A stretch of 64,000 nucleotides of DNA from Octopus vulgaris (taxonomy: Eukaryota): the NCBI GenBank assembly GCA_951406725.2, contig OX597815.1, positions 75,888,001-75,952,000 of the forward strand, given 5' to 3'. A program made the position numbers and the translations under genes. The notes beneath the pieces are model-generated. The model saw only the letters and a program-made list of their open reading frames with translations, ran no database searches and was not told the origin of the DNA. Below, piece by piece: positions 34,097 through 47,771 of this stretch; position 1 is the first letter of the stretch, and every line of letters starts with the position of its first letter.

Positions 34097-37000
34097 TATA
34101 TATATCTCAAAAGGATCAAAGGTCCTTCCCCAAACTAGAGACTCACAAGACTAGTTTCCCCAGATTCTGTGGTGTATATATATTCCACTCCTGGACAGGA
34201 TACTGGTCTATCATGGAATTACTCATTTTTACCAGTTGAGTGAACTGGAGCAACATGAAATTACATGTTTTGCTCATGAATGACATCACCCAGTCCAGGA
34301 ATCAAAATCACAATCTTCGAATCAAGAGTGCAACACCCTAACCACTAAGTCATGCACACATACAAAATGGGCTTATCCGAGCGGAATCACTGCCAGAGCA
34401 GCTGTCTGGCTTCCATGCCGGTGGGCACGTAAAAAGCACCATTTGAGTGTGATCGTTACCAGCGTCACCTTACTGGCACGTGAACAAAACATTTGGGCGA
34501 GGTCATTGCCTGTGCAGGTGGCACATAAAGAAACAGCCAGTACTGCCAGACTGGCCCTCGTGCACCCACTGCACTCTCGGAGTGGTTGGCATTAGGAAGG
34601 GCATCCAGCTGTAGAAACACTGCCAGATCAGACTGGAGCCTGGTGCAGCCTCCTGGCTTCCCAGACCCCGGTCGAACCGTTCAACCCATGCTAGCACGGA
34701 AAACAGACAATGATGATGATGAAGTTCACTCACAAGGCTTTGATCAATCCAAGGATATAGCAGAAGACACTTGCCGAAGGTGATGCACAGTGGGATTGAC
34801 CCTGAAAGCATGTGGTTGGGAAGTAATTTGACTTTACCTCCTTTTGCTAGTGAGAGATTCACTCTTCACCATTAATTTCTTGGCGCTTCACCCATCTATA
34901 TTACAAGTCCATACCAATATAGCCATCTCTTTTTGCACACTATACTTTTGTTTCCAGACATCTGTAATTTGTCATTCATACTCTGACATGCATGTTTCAT
35001 TTCTGTTCAGACTTTGCACACCTCCTGCATTTGGTAACCAAAATTCATTATCATGCAACACTACAGTTCAATCTACCTTTTACTTGCAGAGAAAATCCTC
35101 TTGTCAGCAGAAGTAATAGTTCCCTGAGCTTCCCCTTCCCTCCAAAAAGTACAATATTAAATGAAAATTGACCTTAGCAGAAATTTTGAATCAACATACA
35201 CACTTGAATCATTCCATTTTCACTTGTTCAAACTAGTATGAAGTGAAGGTTCCAGTTCCACTACAAGGACATGTCTTTAGTATTGATGTTACAAATAATC
35301 CTTAACCTTCAGTTACATGAGTTGATAATAGGTAAGGCATCTAAATGTGAATCCTCAAATTATAAGTCTGAAAAATTTTTCAAATGAAAAATGTTTCCAG
35401 ACTGTTCAACCTGTTAGTGCAGAAAAATATATAACCTGACAGGGAATGTAACAGGAACAAAATATTGTACAACCAAAGTTTTTACAATGTTGATTAATGT
35501 AACATATTTTAAAACGTATTACTTTTAATTCAATTTCCACAAATAAAAAATAGTTTTCACTCTCATTTTATATTTGAGTAAAACACTCAAAGAATTCATG
35601 CAAATATCCAAATTGGCAAAATTACCCAATTCCTTTAACTAGTTTTCACTCATTGGATTGCAACAATGATGGAGGAACAAATAAAAATATACACACACAC
35701 AAAAAAATATATATATATACATACATATATAAGACAGACTTCTTTCAGTTCTGTCTACTAAATCCACTCAAGGCTTTGGTCAACCCCAGGCTGTAGTGGA
35801 AGACACTTACCCAAGGTCCACACAGTAGAACTGAACCCAGAACCCTATCATTAGGAAGCAAACATTTTACCACACAACCATATATATTAACTCCTTTGAA
35901 CCCCAAAGTACGTTTTAGCAAGTACAATTTTGTTTGATTACACCCCTGGAAGATGGAAAAGCAGACAACTTCATTGTTTTGTGATTACAGCTGAAATTAA
36001 TGATGTTTCTGCCAATCAGTGTACTGTAAAAATAAAATCATTCAGTGTCACCCAGAGATATGGTCAAACCCTATCATACCTGCTCTAACATTCTCACAGT
36101 TTCAAAAGGGTAATTTAGAATAAAACTAAAATAAATGTAAAAACAACATTAAGAATCATTCTAGTTGGAGTTGAGTGGCTCTAATAGCCAGGAGGGGGGG
36201 GAGTGCAAAGATCTTTTACTGACATCTTTACTACCTTTCTTCACATTCAATCAACTTTCAGCATTCATTCTATTTTCAATATATTTATTCATTTGTTTTA
36301 TGTCCATTTTTCCATGCTAGCATGGTTAGACAAATATGATATTGAGGTATCATTTTGCAACTTTATAGCCCTTCTTGATACTAACCCTTACGTTTTTCCT
36401 GTAAGGAATCTCTTATGCCAATGCCTTTGAGGGTACAAAGCAAGAAGTTCGACAGAAGTGCCAACATTAACACTCAACTTCTTTCAAGTGAGTGCAGGTA
36501 TAAAAAAAAAAAACATATGCACATACATATTATATATTCAGCAGGTTTCTTTTCAGTTTCTATGTATCAAATCCACTCATAAGATTTAATTTGGCTTGGG
36601 AGTATAGCAGAAGACACTTGCTCAAGATGCCTCACAGAACTGGGAAACCAACTTCTCAACCATACAGCCAATTCATATACATATATATATATATACATAC
36701 ACACACACACCCACACACATATATATATGACAGGGTACTTGAAAGTTCCTGCTTTTAAGGGTATCATGAAAGGCCTGGTTGGAGGCCTAACCTTCCAAAT
36801 TCTTTTACAGGGCTTAAAAAAAAAAACTGAACAACAGCTGCAATAACTGTAAGAATACATTGAATAAAATCATAATTCACTGATCCTCCTGTATTTTCTT
36901 TTGCTAAAGCTAGGAACTTTTCAGCACCCCTGATGCGTTAATGAATTCATTTGGATAGGTTATAGATAGGTTATAGATAATTGTGTTGACTTCAGGATAC

Positions 37001-37826
37001 AAAAAGTTTTTAAAAATTCATCTCAATGGAGTAACATGATACTGAATTAATAAACAATCCCTTCTTAGCTAAATTTCAATATTTTAACAGCTAAGAGATA
37101 GTAAGAAAAATGTTCTAATGAGAGACAAAAGATTGGTCTGAGATATTTTTTTCCAGAACATTTTTTATTGTATTTTTTTAAAATTTATTTTCATTTCATT
37201 TTTTTCTTACATTTGTGGATCTTTTTTTCCAGTTTTTGGATATGGTTGCTTTTATTAAAGAGTTAGTGACCTTTTTTTTTTTTTAAGGTTCCATGGGATA
37301 TTTTTCCAGAAGTATTTTTTTTTTATATATATATTTAAATATTATATTCATTGCTTCATGAAGAAGCAGCTGTCTGAAATAATGAGTGATCCCCTTTCAC
37401 AGCAGTGTTCATAATGAGACTGGTCAACAAAATGGACAACTAGTTTCAGGTGGGCAATAGCCAAATTAATGAGACCAGTTCTTGCTTTCTCAGACATGAT
37501 ATAACACTACTTTCTCACAGCAGAGAAAACTAAAAGTGAAAGTATAGAACAGTTTCCTTTAATTGTAATAGCTGTTGTTTTTTTATGAGTGTCTATGTGT
37601 GTGTGTACGCATGTAATTATGATACCACATAAAAAAAAAATATCAGAGAGGATCTTCTATCAATTTGATTATTTTGAATTAAAGTGTAATATTAGGAGGA
37701 CCAACAGTAAAAGCATTGATGAAGAAATCGCTTGCAAAGGAGGAAGGAATTAAATGTCGGGAATTGGGAAGAAATTTAAGGAGAGAAAGTTGGAGCTGTC
37801 AGAGTGAAGAGGGAGCAACAAACAGA

Positions 37827-38050
37827 CTAAGCCTCAGCTTTGACTGCTTGTTGCGGCGCAGACTGTGGCACTGTATCTGTAGTTGGTGTGCTAGTCTCAT
37901 CTGCCAAGACACACTTCCAAAGACCATATGTCTTGCCTACAGTTGTTTGCCACAGACGTAAAGTACCATCTTCACTACCACTGGCATAAAGCTCCCCATC
38001 AGGAGAAAACCGGACACAATGGACAGGGCCAAAATGACCCTTGAAGGACT
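37827..38050 (-). CDS. STRAP: STRAP last coding exon
   Basis: Acceptor ttttgcag. Encodes [48 protein letters not shown]...KAEA*. Confidence 0.96.
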
Positions 38051-40423
38051 CTGCAAAAGAATAAAGAAAAAATACAACAATAAAAAATAAAGATGGATAG
38101 CAACATGAACAATAGAATACTGAAATTGTGATGTCAGAGTCAGTGTTTTTAATTATTTTATAATTAGATAATGAACGAACAAATACAACCATTCTCATGG
38201 CTGAGTGTTGGGACCTCAGACACAACCATCACTCCTTGTCTCAAACTTGTGTTGCAGTCATACACATGACTAGTCTTCTGCACCCAGTCTTCATGTCATC
38301 ACTCCATCTTCCCAACCTATGAGGATGTAGGTACAAAGATCCTGAGGTCTGATAATGTGGCAAAAATATTACAATCCTCACTGCCTGACCATAGTTAACC
38401 ACTTTTATTCTGTTCCCATCTCTTCTAGAACTAAATCATTCATCCTAGAGGCCATCCAACTCATATTCAGCACTCCCTTGTAACAGGTCATCTCAAATGC
38501 CTTTAGTTAAATGTGTCTAATACATGAAAATTTTTATTATTTATATTCATTTTCTAGTGAGTAAAACAAAAACCAGTTCTGATTGAGCAACCTTATGGCA
38601 TACAGACACCCAGTTAAACTTGGAGTGACACCTAAATCTGTTTTCTAAATATACCATGCAGTAATAAATTGTATGGAGTACACTGCAGTAATGAAGATGT
38701 GTTTCACTCTCTCCACTGTCCAGGATATTTCTCCACACCTGCAGATTTTGGTGGGTGGTCACAACAGAAGGGGACCCAATAAAAATGCAACAGCTGTTCT
38801 TCTGCACTCATTATCAGTACTGTGCATCCCAACGCAAGTTGGGACTAGTGAATAGATTATTTTACATCCATTGTTTTTGGACTTAAAATTTTATGTGAAT
38901 TGATGTGGTATAAGAATAGTTCTCCTGCCATATTTGGAATTATGGAGCTGGAAGGTCATGTAAGTCCATGTTGAAAAGAGACAGTGAGAGGACAGATCGC
39001 AATGGTATTCCATTCAGGAAATTTCAAATTTTGAAAAAGCCCTTTTATACACTACATTCCCTAGCCAGTGTTTTAAGTTGTTTTCTAAGGTGTTGAGCTT
39101 TTTTTTTTGTTTTGTAAAAGCATAGCATGAAATAGAATCAAAAGCTTTTCTCTTGCCATCAGTAGTCGTGGGAAGTCATTATGTATCTTTAGTTTATTTT
39201 TTGTAAGTAGTGTAGTAGCCTGAATCTACAGGCTAGGGATGTTAAAAACTGGCTTTTCTAAAATGTTTGCAATTTTTGTCAAGGGATGACTGTTGCAAGA
39301 AAACAATGAAAGATAACTGGTAGATTGAACTAGCTAAGAAATAAGTATATGATTGACCTCATTTTGCATCTTATTGTAATAGCTTTTATTGTTACATAAT
39401 GTTGCAGTTACTAAAATCAGTTATATATCTGTTGAGAAAGAGTTAAGGAGAAAACACAGCTCAACTTCTTCCTCTTCTTTGTAATTATGTAACTAGGATA
39501 CTATCTTATCCTGTGCCATCTCATCAGTAAACCTTTAATGTTTTTTTTTTCCCCTGGTCAAATTATATTTTTTAATTGAATTTTGTTTTTAGAAAAGACA
39601 AGATTAAAAACACTACTTATAAGAAGGGTGGTATACAACCACAGTGAAAGGATGAGAATTCATAGAAAGATAAGTCATTTCATTAGTAACTGTAAGAAAG
39701 AACAAGAAAAAAAATTTGGCAAAACAACAAATGTAGAAGTATTTATAGAATAAAACAGCAATTTCCCAGCTACAAGAGAGGTGAAGATTAGCTGCCAAAA
39801 TAGGACCAACAGTGTTAGAAACTCACTTTTGAATTCAGAAAGGAGAGACAGAATACCAACAGAAGCACTAACCCAGATATGACAACAGTATTCAGTATTC
39901 TATACAAGTATGAATAAGAGACATAAAAATGAAGAAAACAATTTTTTGGAGAGGAAATATGACAAGCTTGATACAGAGAACCAAACATTAAAGAGACTTC
40001 ATCTTAAGTCTTAAGGAAAATATAAGCCAGCAACAAATCTATGATCTTGCAGAACACTACCAGGTTAGATTAGAAAATTTTTAACCCTTTTGATACCAAC
40101 CCACTTGAAATCACCTTTGGTTCTATGACATCAACTTCCTGCTTTAAAGTGACCTACGTTAAAATCTTCCATCAAAACTTCCATCTTTATTTATGTTCTC
40201 AACACCAGTTATTTTACTAAACTGTTCATTATTTTTTAAATTTATTGAAATAAAGGCAGTGTATTTCAGTGAAATTTTCTTACAAAAAGATTAAATGCTG
40301 TTTCTGTATTTAATAACTAAAAGAAAATGGCTTTCAATTTCAGCAACCTATTTGTTCCCAAATTTAGATAAAAAGCTCGATACATTTAGAAAATATTTTT
40401 AATAGGTTAGAAATGACACTCAC

Positions 40424-40560
40424 CAATTTCTGCTCCGGACTCATAATCATACTTGTACATTTTAAAATCTTCACCACCACACACAAACACATCTTTTTGG
40501 TGATGGAGTGAAGCAGAATACAACTGTGTTGGAGCCTCAAATTCTTTTATCTTCTCAAAT
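40424..40560 (-). CDS. STRAP: STRAP coding exon
   Basis: Acceptor ttttag and donor GTGAGT. Encodes FEKIKEFEAPTQLYSASLHHQKDVFVCGGEDFKMYKYDYESGAEI. Confidence 0.95.
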
Positions 40561-43500
40561 CTAAAAATGAATAAATCCATATATAAATTGTCAAAAAAAT
40601 AAAATTTCATATACAAACAATGGAAAGGGAAATATACATATAAAACAAACAGGAATGGAAAAGTGAATATTTCTTCTAAATGTACAATAATTTGTACATT
40701 AATGATGCTTATCAGCAACAACAAAATTAGTAAGTTTCCAACTGTTAGCTAAAACTGTTTTTACACAATATAAGGTGACTAGATTCATAGGGTAATCCTA
40801 AACACTGTTTTCTTTCACAGTAATAATATTTTTCTTAAATTTGTTTAATGTATAACTAATGTTGAAATGAAATAACTGCTTTCACCATCATCATTTTAAC
40901 GTTTGATTTTCATGCTGGCATGGGTTAAATAATTTAATAGGAGCTGATAAACCAGAGGACTGTGCCAAGCTCCAATGTCTGCTTTGGCACAGTTACAATG
41001 GATGGATGTTCTTCCTAATGCCAACCACTTTAAAGAGTGTACTGAGTGCTTTTTAGATGGCACTAGCACTAGTGAGGTCACCAAGTAACTTGCAAGACAA
41101 AACCACCTCACAACTGAGGAGCAGGTGACTAGTATTGAGGGAGGTAGCTTTATGCCATGTGAAGAGAGGTTAAAGTTTGATAGAGGAGCAGAAACAGATA
41201 TAGGGATACATGGTTACCACAGCAGGAGAGAAAAGTGAGGGAGAAGAAAAATAAAATAGTCATCAACATTGTCATCATTTTTATATCTTTTTCCATGCTT
41301 AGATGGTTTGGATAAATTGTCTCCAGCATATCTCACCACTTGTTAGTCCTTTACCATCTCCTTTCTGAGATTCAGCCTTTGTCACATCTTCCCATGTCTT
41401 CCTAATCTTTCTTAATAGGTTCCCCTCCACCTTCCACCTGAATTTCTGAGTACTTCTTTACCCAGCTGTTATCCATCTGCATATGCATTACAAGTGTGCA
41501 CTAGCATCATTTTTTTTGTTTTTTATTGCACATTACATTTAATTCCTTCATACCCAGTTTTTTCACTCTGTCATTTCATTACATAACTAAGAGAGCATGT
41601 TCTTCTTATTTCTTTCTATCTTTCATAAACAAACATTGTTTCCTTGTCTGTTGGTCATGTGATAGCTAGTCTACTTTCTCATTTGGATACATGTTACATT
41701 GTATCATATGTTAGGTGATGTTATGATATCTTACACATAAGTAAATACTGCATTTTAGATTGACAGTGGTAAAAGTTTTTGTCATTGAGTTAGCTTTCAA
41801 GAATAAGCATTAATGTTAGTACAGTTCTATATTTAAGAGATGAGGAATAATGTACATTATTTACAATTGACAAATATCTGTCAATTGTAAGAGATGAGGA
41901 ATTATATACATTATTTACAATTGACAAATATCCATCAATTGTAAATAATATATATTAATGTAAGTGTTTCAAGAAATTAAATATTCGTTTGGAGTTACAA
42001 CCATCATAGAGCCAAATATAGGGTGGATTTGTTTTGTAATTGATGAGCATTATGCAAGCGCATATGTACATAGTTGATGTATTTAAACTATTGGAGAAAT
42101 AAATTGAAGACCACTTTGTAATAAATCATAGATGAGTACTAATTAGGGAAAGTAAAAATAAATTGTCCAAATACTATTTAAAGTATCAATGATGGTAATT
42201 ATAAAGTAGTCTGTTTAGTAGTTATATAGCAAGTTATGTGGGAAAAAAACGATTTTAAGTAAAAAAAAACAATAAAAAAAAACATGTGTAATAAACAGTA
42301 ATTCAATATATGCAATAAATCAATTAATTAAAAACAAAATATTTCACAGTCAAACAATCCACCCAGGGAAACTACAGAACTTTATATGACCATATTTCAT
42401 GTGAACTCACTGTATATGTGGGGGAGAGGTTAGTGAAACAGTGCAATTCTACTACACAGTCCAGTCCTTGTTGCAGTGTGATGAGCTGTGTACCTCAATG
42501 GCCCTGAAGGCTATGTCAGTGGAGTGCAAGCTCTTGGTAGGGCCTCCTATGCTGGACAGATCAAAGGATAGGGACTAGACTGATATAAACCACCACTTCC
42601 CGGAGGAAAAAAGGAGTTTGTGTAGAGCCAACACTTCGATTTAGAAAAACGACAAAGTTACAGAAGTATAGATGACAATTCAAAACCAACAAGACCTCGG
42701 AGAGGACAGCCCAGAGTTGAGAACAGTGGAGAAAAGTCGTCAATGGCCTACACTCCATAGAAGAGGCTTAAATAACAGTGCAATCACAAATTTTTATCTA
42801 AATTACAGTTGCAAATCTGAAACAAAACTGTAGTGGTCAAGATACCAATTTCATCTGCAAATAATCTGATGTACCATCTTTCCCACCTCCTAACTATATC
42901 CTACCCACATCCAGCACAAAAGGACTTTCCATTCAAATTTCTTTAGAGCTGCTACTCTCTGAACTTCACTCCCTCTTCATGTTTTCCCTAGACTTCACCC
43001 AAAAGATGTTCAGATTAAATATCAATAGCATCAATGTCAGCTGCAAAATTTATGGATGCTATAGCTGCTTCCACCAATTCATTTTTCTTTTTTTTTTCTG
43101 TTACTTTTTTTGTCAGGAGGAGGGCAATGCTCATGACCTTTTACAAAACCTCCAAATCAGGTGAGAGGGAGGAACATATCCTCAAACCAGCCCAAATATT
43201 TGCAACATAGTGAACTCTGCTAAAAGCATTCAAAATGTTAAGTAATGGTGTTCAACTGGGTGACAAATTAAGTTGACCATTCATGCATGCCAAGGCAGGA
43301 TTTGAACTCAGAATACAAAGAGCCAGGACAGACACCACAAGGCATTTTAGTTCAGCATTCTGACAGTTCACTAATCCACTGCCCAAGGTTGATATTTTTC
43401 TTACTGATGAAAAATAAGACAAAACTGACCTCAGCAGTACTAATTATTTACTTTTTAAAAATTGAATATTGAGTTTTAGTTTTTTCTCCTAATCTAAAAT

Positions 43501-44267
43501 AGAAATTTACTAAACAATATAATACATAGAAAGCAAAAGAGACATGAACTGCAGATGAAAATTTTAAAAATTAATAGAATTCTTTTTCTCAGCAATTATT
43601 TCTGAAGCAATGAAACAAAATATTAAGTTTCAAACTTTCTCAGATAAGATATATACTCAATGGAATCAATAACCATGCCACATCATCCACATTGTTTTAA
43701 TCATTCACTTTTCCATGTTTGCATAGACCAGACAATTTCCTGAGGCAGATTTTCGACAGCTGGATACCATTCCTATCACCATCCCTCACCTGTTTCTAAG
43801 TAAAGTAATATTTCTTAGACATGTTTTACATGGAAGATTGGAAATAAACAACATTGTTTGTATGACAGTGATGCTGGGATATAAACCATCATAATGTCAA
43901 AACAAGGATACACACAAACACACAAAATAAGCTTCTTTCGGTTTCCATCTCCTAATTCCACTCAATGGAGCTACACTAAAAAAAAAAATCATTGCTCAAA
44001 GGTGCCATGCAGTGGGACTGAACCCAAGACCACATGGTTGAGAAGCAAGCTTCTCGACCACATAGCCATTCCTACATCTATAATCACAGCTGTGCCTATA
44101 TCAACCAATATAAATAATAGAGTTGATAAATTTTGAAAATCAAATTTTAAACTTATGTTAGTGTGCTGAAAAGGCCCTTTACTAAATAAGCTACTCTTAA
44201 TCTATGTCTTCACCTGTAAAAACACTATAATAAAAAGACAAAAAAATTTCAATAAGAGCCAACTCAC

Positions 44268-44405
44268 GATCCAGTATCCCAGAAACTTGTAACACATCCA
44301 CTGGTGACTACTAAAACAGAGCCATCCCTAGAGAGTTCTAAGCCGTTGGGAGGATTTGCAAACTCCAATTGCTTTATTTCACTTTCATTATTCACATCCC
44401 AGACA
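44268..44405 (-). CDS. STRAP: STRAP coding exon
   Basis: Acceptor tttcag and donor GTGAGT. Encodes VWDVNNESEIKQLEFANPPNGLELSRDGSVLVVTSGCVTSFWDTGS; phases are consistent. Confidence 0.92.
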
Positions 44406-45475
44406 CTGAAACAGAATTTAAAATTGTAAAAACAAACAGAAGGATATTTTTGCCTAAAATAACCTTAGAATTGAATTAAAATACTAAAAAAAGTTGAGAT
44501 TATTTTTTTTGCATTTATTTTCTACACTAAAAGATATGAGGTTTTTATAAATAAAAAAAAATTTTCGTGGGAAATATTGAAGGAAGCTTGTTATTGCCAT
44601 ATACTTAACTTAATACTAGCCAATGTATTATGAAGTGAAGGCACATGGCTTAGTAAGTGAGGTGTTTACTTAGAATTTTAAGATCATAGTATGACTTCCC
44701 AAACTGGCAGTGCATTACAGTCTTGAGCAAAACATTTCATTTCACATTGCTCCAGTTCACTCAGCTGTAAATGGGTACCAGCAATAGCTGGAAACATAAT
44801 GCTGTGATGGACCGACATCATGTTCAGTGGGGTGTGTTGTAATCTATGTCATTCATATGCCATGGGAACCAAGTTATGCTCCAGCCTCATGAGTCACGAG
44901 GCTTGTGACATACCTTGACTACTATGAAGTCAGAATAATACTTCTTTCAGCAATATGAAGGTAAATAGAGTTTGAGCTCATGTATTGAATTATAAATAGT
45001 CAAGCAGTTAACCACAGAAGAATCTCAACTCATATATCCAATTGTAATGGAGCTAACATATGCCTGGAAAACTGTTACTACTACTATAGTTTTTATTTTA
45101 ATCAGTATTGAAAGCACAAAAATACAGCTTTTACTGAAGCTGACACCATTATTATTGCTCTTATTATTCCTCTATTCTACTATTATCATACTTCTACTGG
45201 TTTCAGCCAGAGGCTGGGGCCATGCTGGAACAGCAATTCCTGGTTAAAAGTACTTTTCTTCATTTATATCATTAGTACCTTTGGCCAGCATGGAAAGCAG
45301 GTATTAACTGATGATGAAACCATCAGGTGTCATACAACTTCCCATGATCCAAAGCAGCTCAGGCTTCTTGGTTCTCTCTTAAATTTTAATCATTCTAATT
45401 ATACCACTGTAACTAACCTGGTAGATAACCCCACCTCATCAGAGTTATTTGCTAATTTAAATAAATTTAACTAGT

Positions 45476-45704
45476 ACATCTATCCTTGATTATCAAGTGT
45501 GTTTGGTTACAATGAACAGTGTTAAATGACTCAACAAATTGTACTGAGCATTGTAGATGCTGAGGCATACTTTTGCAGTCCAAGCAGAATATGCAACTGA
45601 TCACCAGCCTGTGTTATTAGATAAGCATAAAATGGTTCACAATTACCATGCCATGTTATCCTGGATCAGTGATGAATGAATCACTGATAATGAAGACAGA
45701 TGTA
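45476..45704. mobile_element. Old TA-flanked MITE (Tc1/pogo-like)
   Basis: TACATCTATCCTTGATTATC ... GATAATGAAGACAGATGTA form imperfect terminal inverted repeats. Confidence 0.5.
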
Positions 45705-45858
45705 CTAATTCTGGAGTTAAAGGTAATTATAAAAAAGGTCTGTAAAAAATCTACCAAATGAAAAAAAAATTATAAAAATGTTAATACATAGACAAGAAAA
45801 GCTAACAGAATAATCTTAATAAGAGGCAAACAATTTAAAAATAGAAAATAATACAAAC

Positions 45859-45958
45859 CGAACTGTTTTATCATCTGATGCACTAATTAATTGCTGTGCA
45901 TCTTTAGTGAAGATAGCACATTTAAGCGTGTCTTTGTGACCAGCAAATACTTTGGGTT
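45859..45958 (-). CDS. STRAP: STRAP coding exon
   Basis: Acceptor tttcag and donor GTTTGT. Encodes EPKVFAGHKDTLKCAIFTKDAQQLISASDDKTVR (WD repeat). Not in the ORF track; read by hand. Confidence 0.92.
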
Positions 45959-46329
45959 CTGAAATAAAAACATTGCATAGAAGAATAATTAGTAACTTAC
46001 TTCTATGAGAATAAAGAGTTAAAACTGTCCTATTAAAAGAAATTTAAGGAAATGTGAAAAATGTTCAAAAAGAATGAAGTGCATTGTTAAAAGCAGCAAT
46101 GAAAACACACTGAACAGTTTTACAATGAAGGCTTTTTTACAATTATATATTATGAACAACTCCAAAAAACAACTGAGAAAATTTATCATTATGTAATTAG
46201 AAAGACTCTTTCAATATAAAATATACAGAGAAGTAATAAATCAAGGATGTAAAACTTGCTGGCTTTAGCTACATTATTTTACAAATTCAGACTTTCTTTC
46301 CTTACTCAATGACGATTGAAGAGGTTACA

Positions 46330-47170
46330 AGAAGCAACAAAAATTTTAGAAAAAACTTAGTTTTGTCACACAATACAAAAATTAGCATACTAATAGCAGA
46401 CTTAGAATAATGAATAATGCGTTCCTTCCCCCACTCCTATGCAAACCTAATGAAACAAAGAAACATACACAGAACTTCATGAACTGCAAACAATTCTCCG
46501 GATACAATCAGAAAGATAGGATTCGAGTATACAGGATAGCCAAAAAGAAATTTGATATTATCATATGTAACGACACCAGTGGTACACATTCTATATACTG
46601 AAGTAAAGACTGCAATAGTGTACAGAGAATTTGTGATAAAACAGAGTGAACACATGGTACAAGGCTGTTAAATATCAAGGACTGATGTTTGTAGAGGCCA
46701 CACCTCATGGGGAATTAGCCCATAGGTTTATGAAGACACTGAAAGACTCCAAACTTAACATTAAGATCATTGAGAAGCCAGGGAGTTCCATCAGATCACA
46801 ATTATGCAGGACGTACCTCTTCAAAAATACCACATGCACTAATGAAAACTGTGAAGTATGTAACATTAACCCCAGTACTAACTGTAAGACTAGAAATGTA
46901 CAGCATAAGGTGTATGGTAGGAGTTTCTAAGCACAGAAACATGGCATACACTGGAGAGTTTAGCAGAGTGGCTAAATGAACACTGGAAGGAGTATAATGA
47001 CAAGAAACAGTTGCCCATACTTTATCAACATGCCAAAGACCAACATGATGGCACGCTGGGCCAAATTGACATCTACATTTTGTCCTAACACCCAAAAGAC
47101 CCACTACTTAGACAAATACAAGAGGAAATCCTCATAAATTACCAATACTAAATGGGAAATAAACGTAGGA
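46330..47170 (+). mobile_element. Penelope-like retroelement fragment (RT C-terminus, Cys-rich linker, GIY-YIG endonuclease), antisense in a STRAP intron
   Basis: SGYNQKDR, FVEATPHGELA..IKIIEKPGSSI, C..C.VC...NCKTRNV and YTGE..R motifs, all degenerate. Confidence 0.75.
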
Positions 47171-47616
47171 GATAGAGATACCTCAATGCCACAGATACAC
47201 TCATGCAGTGTGCATACATAGGTACATTTGTAAGTAGGCAGTTGAATAGGTAGATAGGAGGGGAGACAGGCAAGTAAATAGGTTGGTAGGTAGGTAGATA
47301 GATATGCACATACACACACACATGCAAAGAGACAGAAACACACGACCATACACACACTGAAGCATACATAAAGCACATGGACACACACACACCATGCAAA
47401 CACACACATCACATATGTGCACACACACATATCAGGCATACACACACAAACATATATAGGCACATACATATACAGCATATATGTCCCCAAAACAACAGCA
47501 ATGGAAGTGAAGTCCATGAGAACTATTATGATGATAATGGTGGCAACTTAATGTTTAGTTTTACTAATTCGGTCATTAGTTTTAATACTTAATAAAACAT
47601 AAGTTTCCATACAAAC

Positions 47617-47771
47617 CTGCTTCATGCTTTTCCAAATCAAATATTTTTAGCTTTTTTTCTTGACTAGCAGTAAGCAGCAGTTTGCTGTCACGAGAAAAAT
47701 CTACTGACTTAACAATATGTTTATGGGAGAATGTGTGTAGTTCATCTCCGCTAACAGCATCCCAGATTTTC
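47617..47771 (-). CDS. STRAP: STRAP coding exon
   Basis: Acceptor ttcag and donor GTTTGT. Encodes KIWDAVSGDELHTFSHKHIVKSVDFSRDSKLLLTASQEKKLKIFDLEKHEA, in phase with the previous exon. Confidence 0.94.

Noticed and set aside
47104-47592. Hydrophobic, Cys/Val-rich ORFs
   Set aside because: Translations of (CA)n, (TAGG)n and (TACA)n microsatellites.
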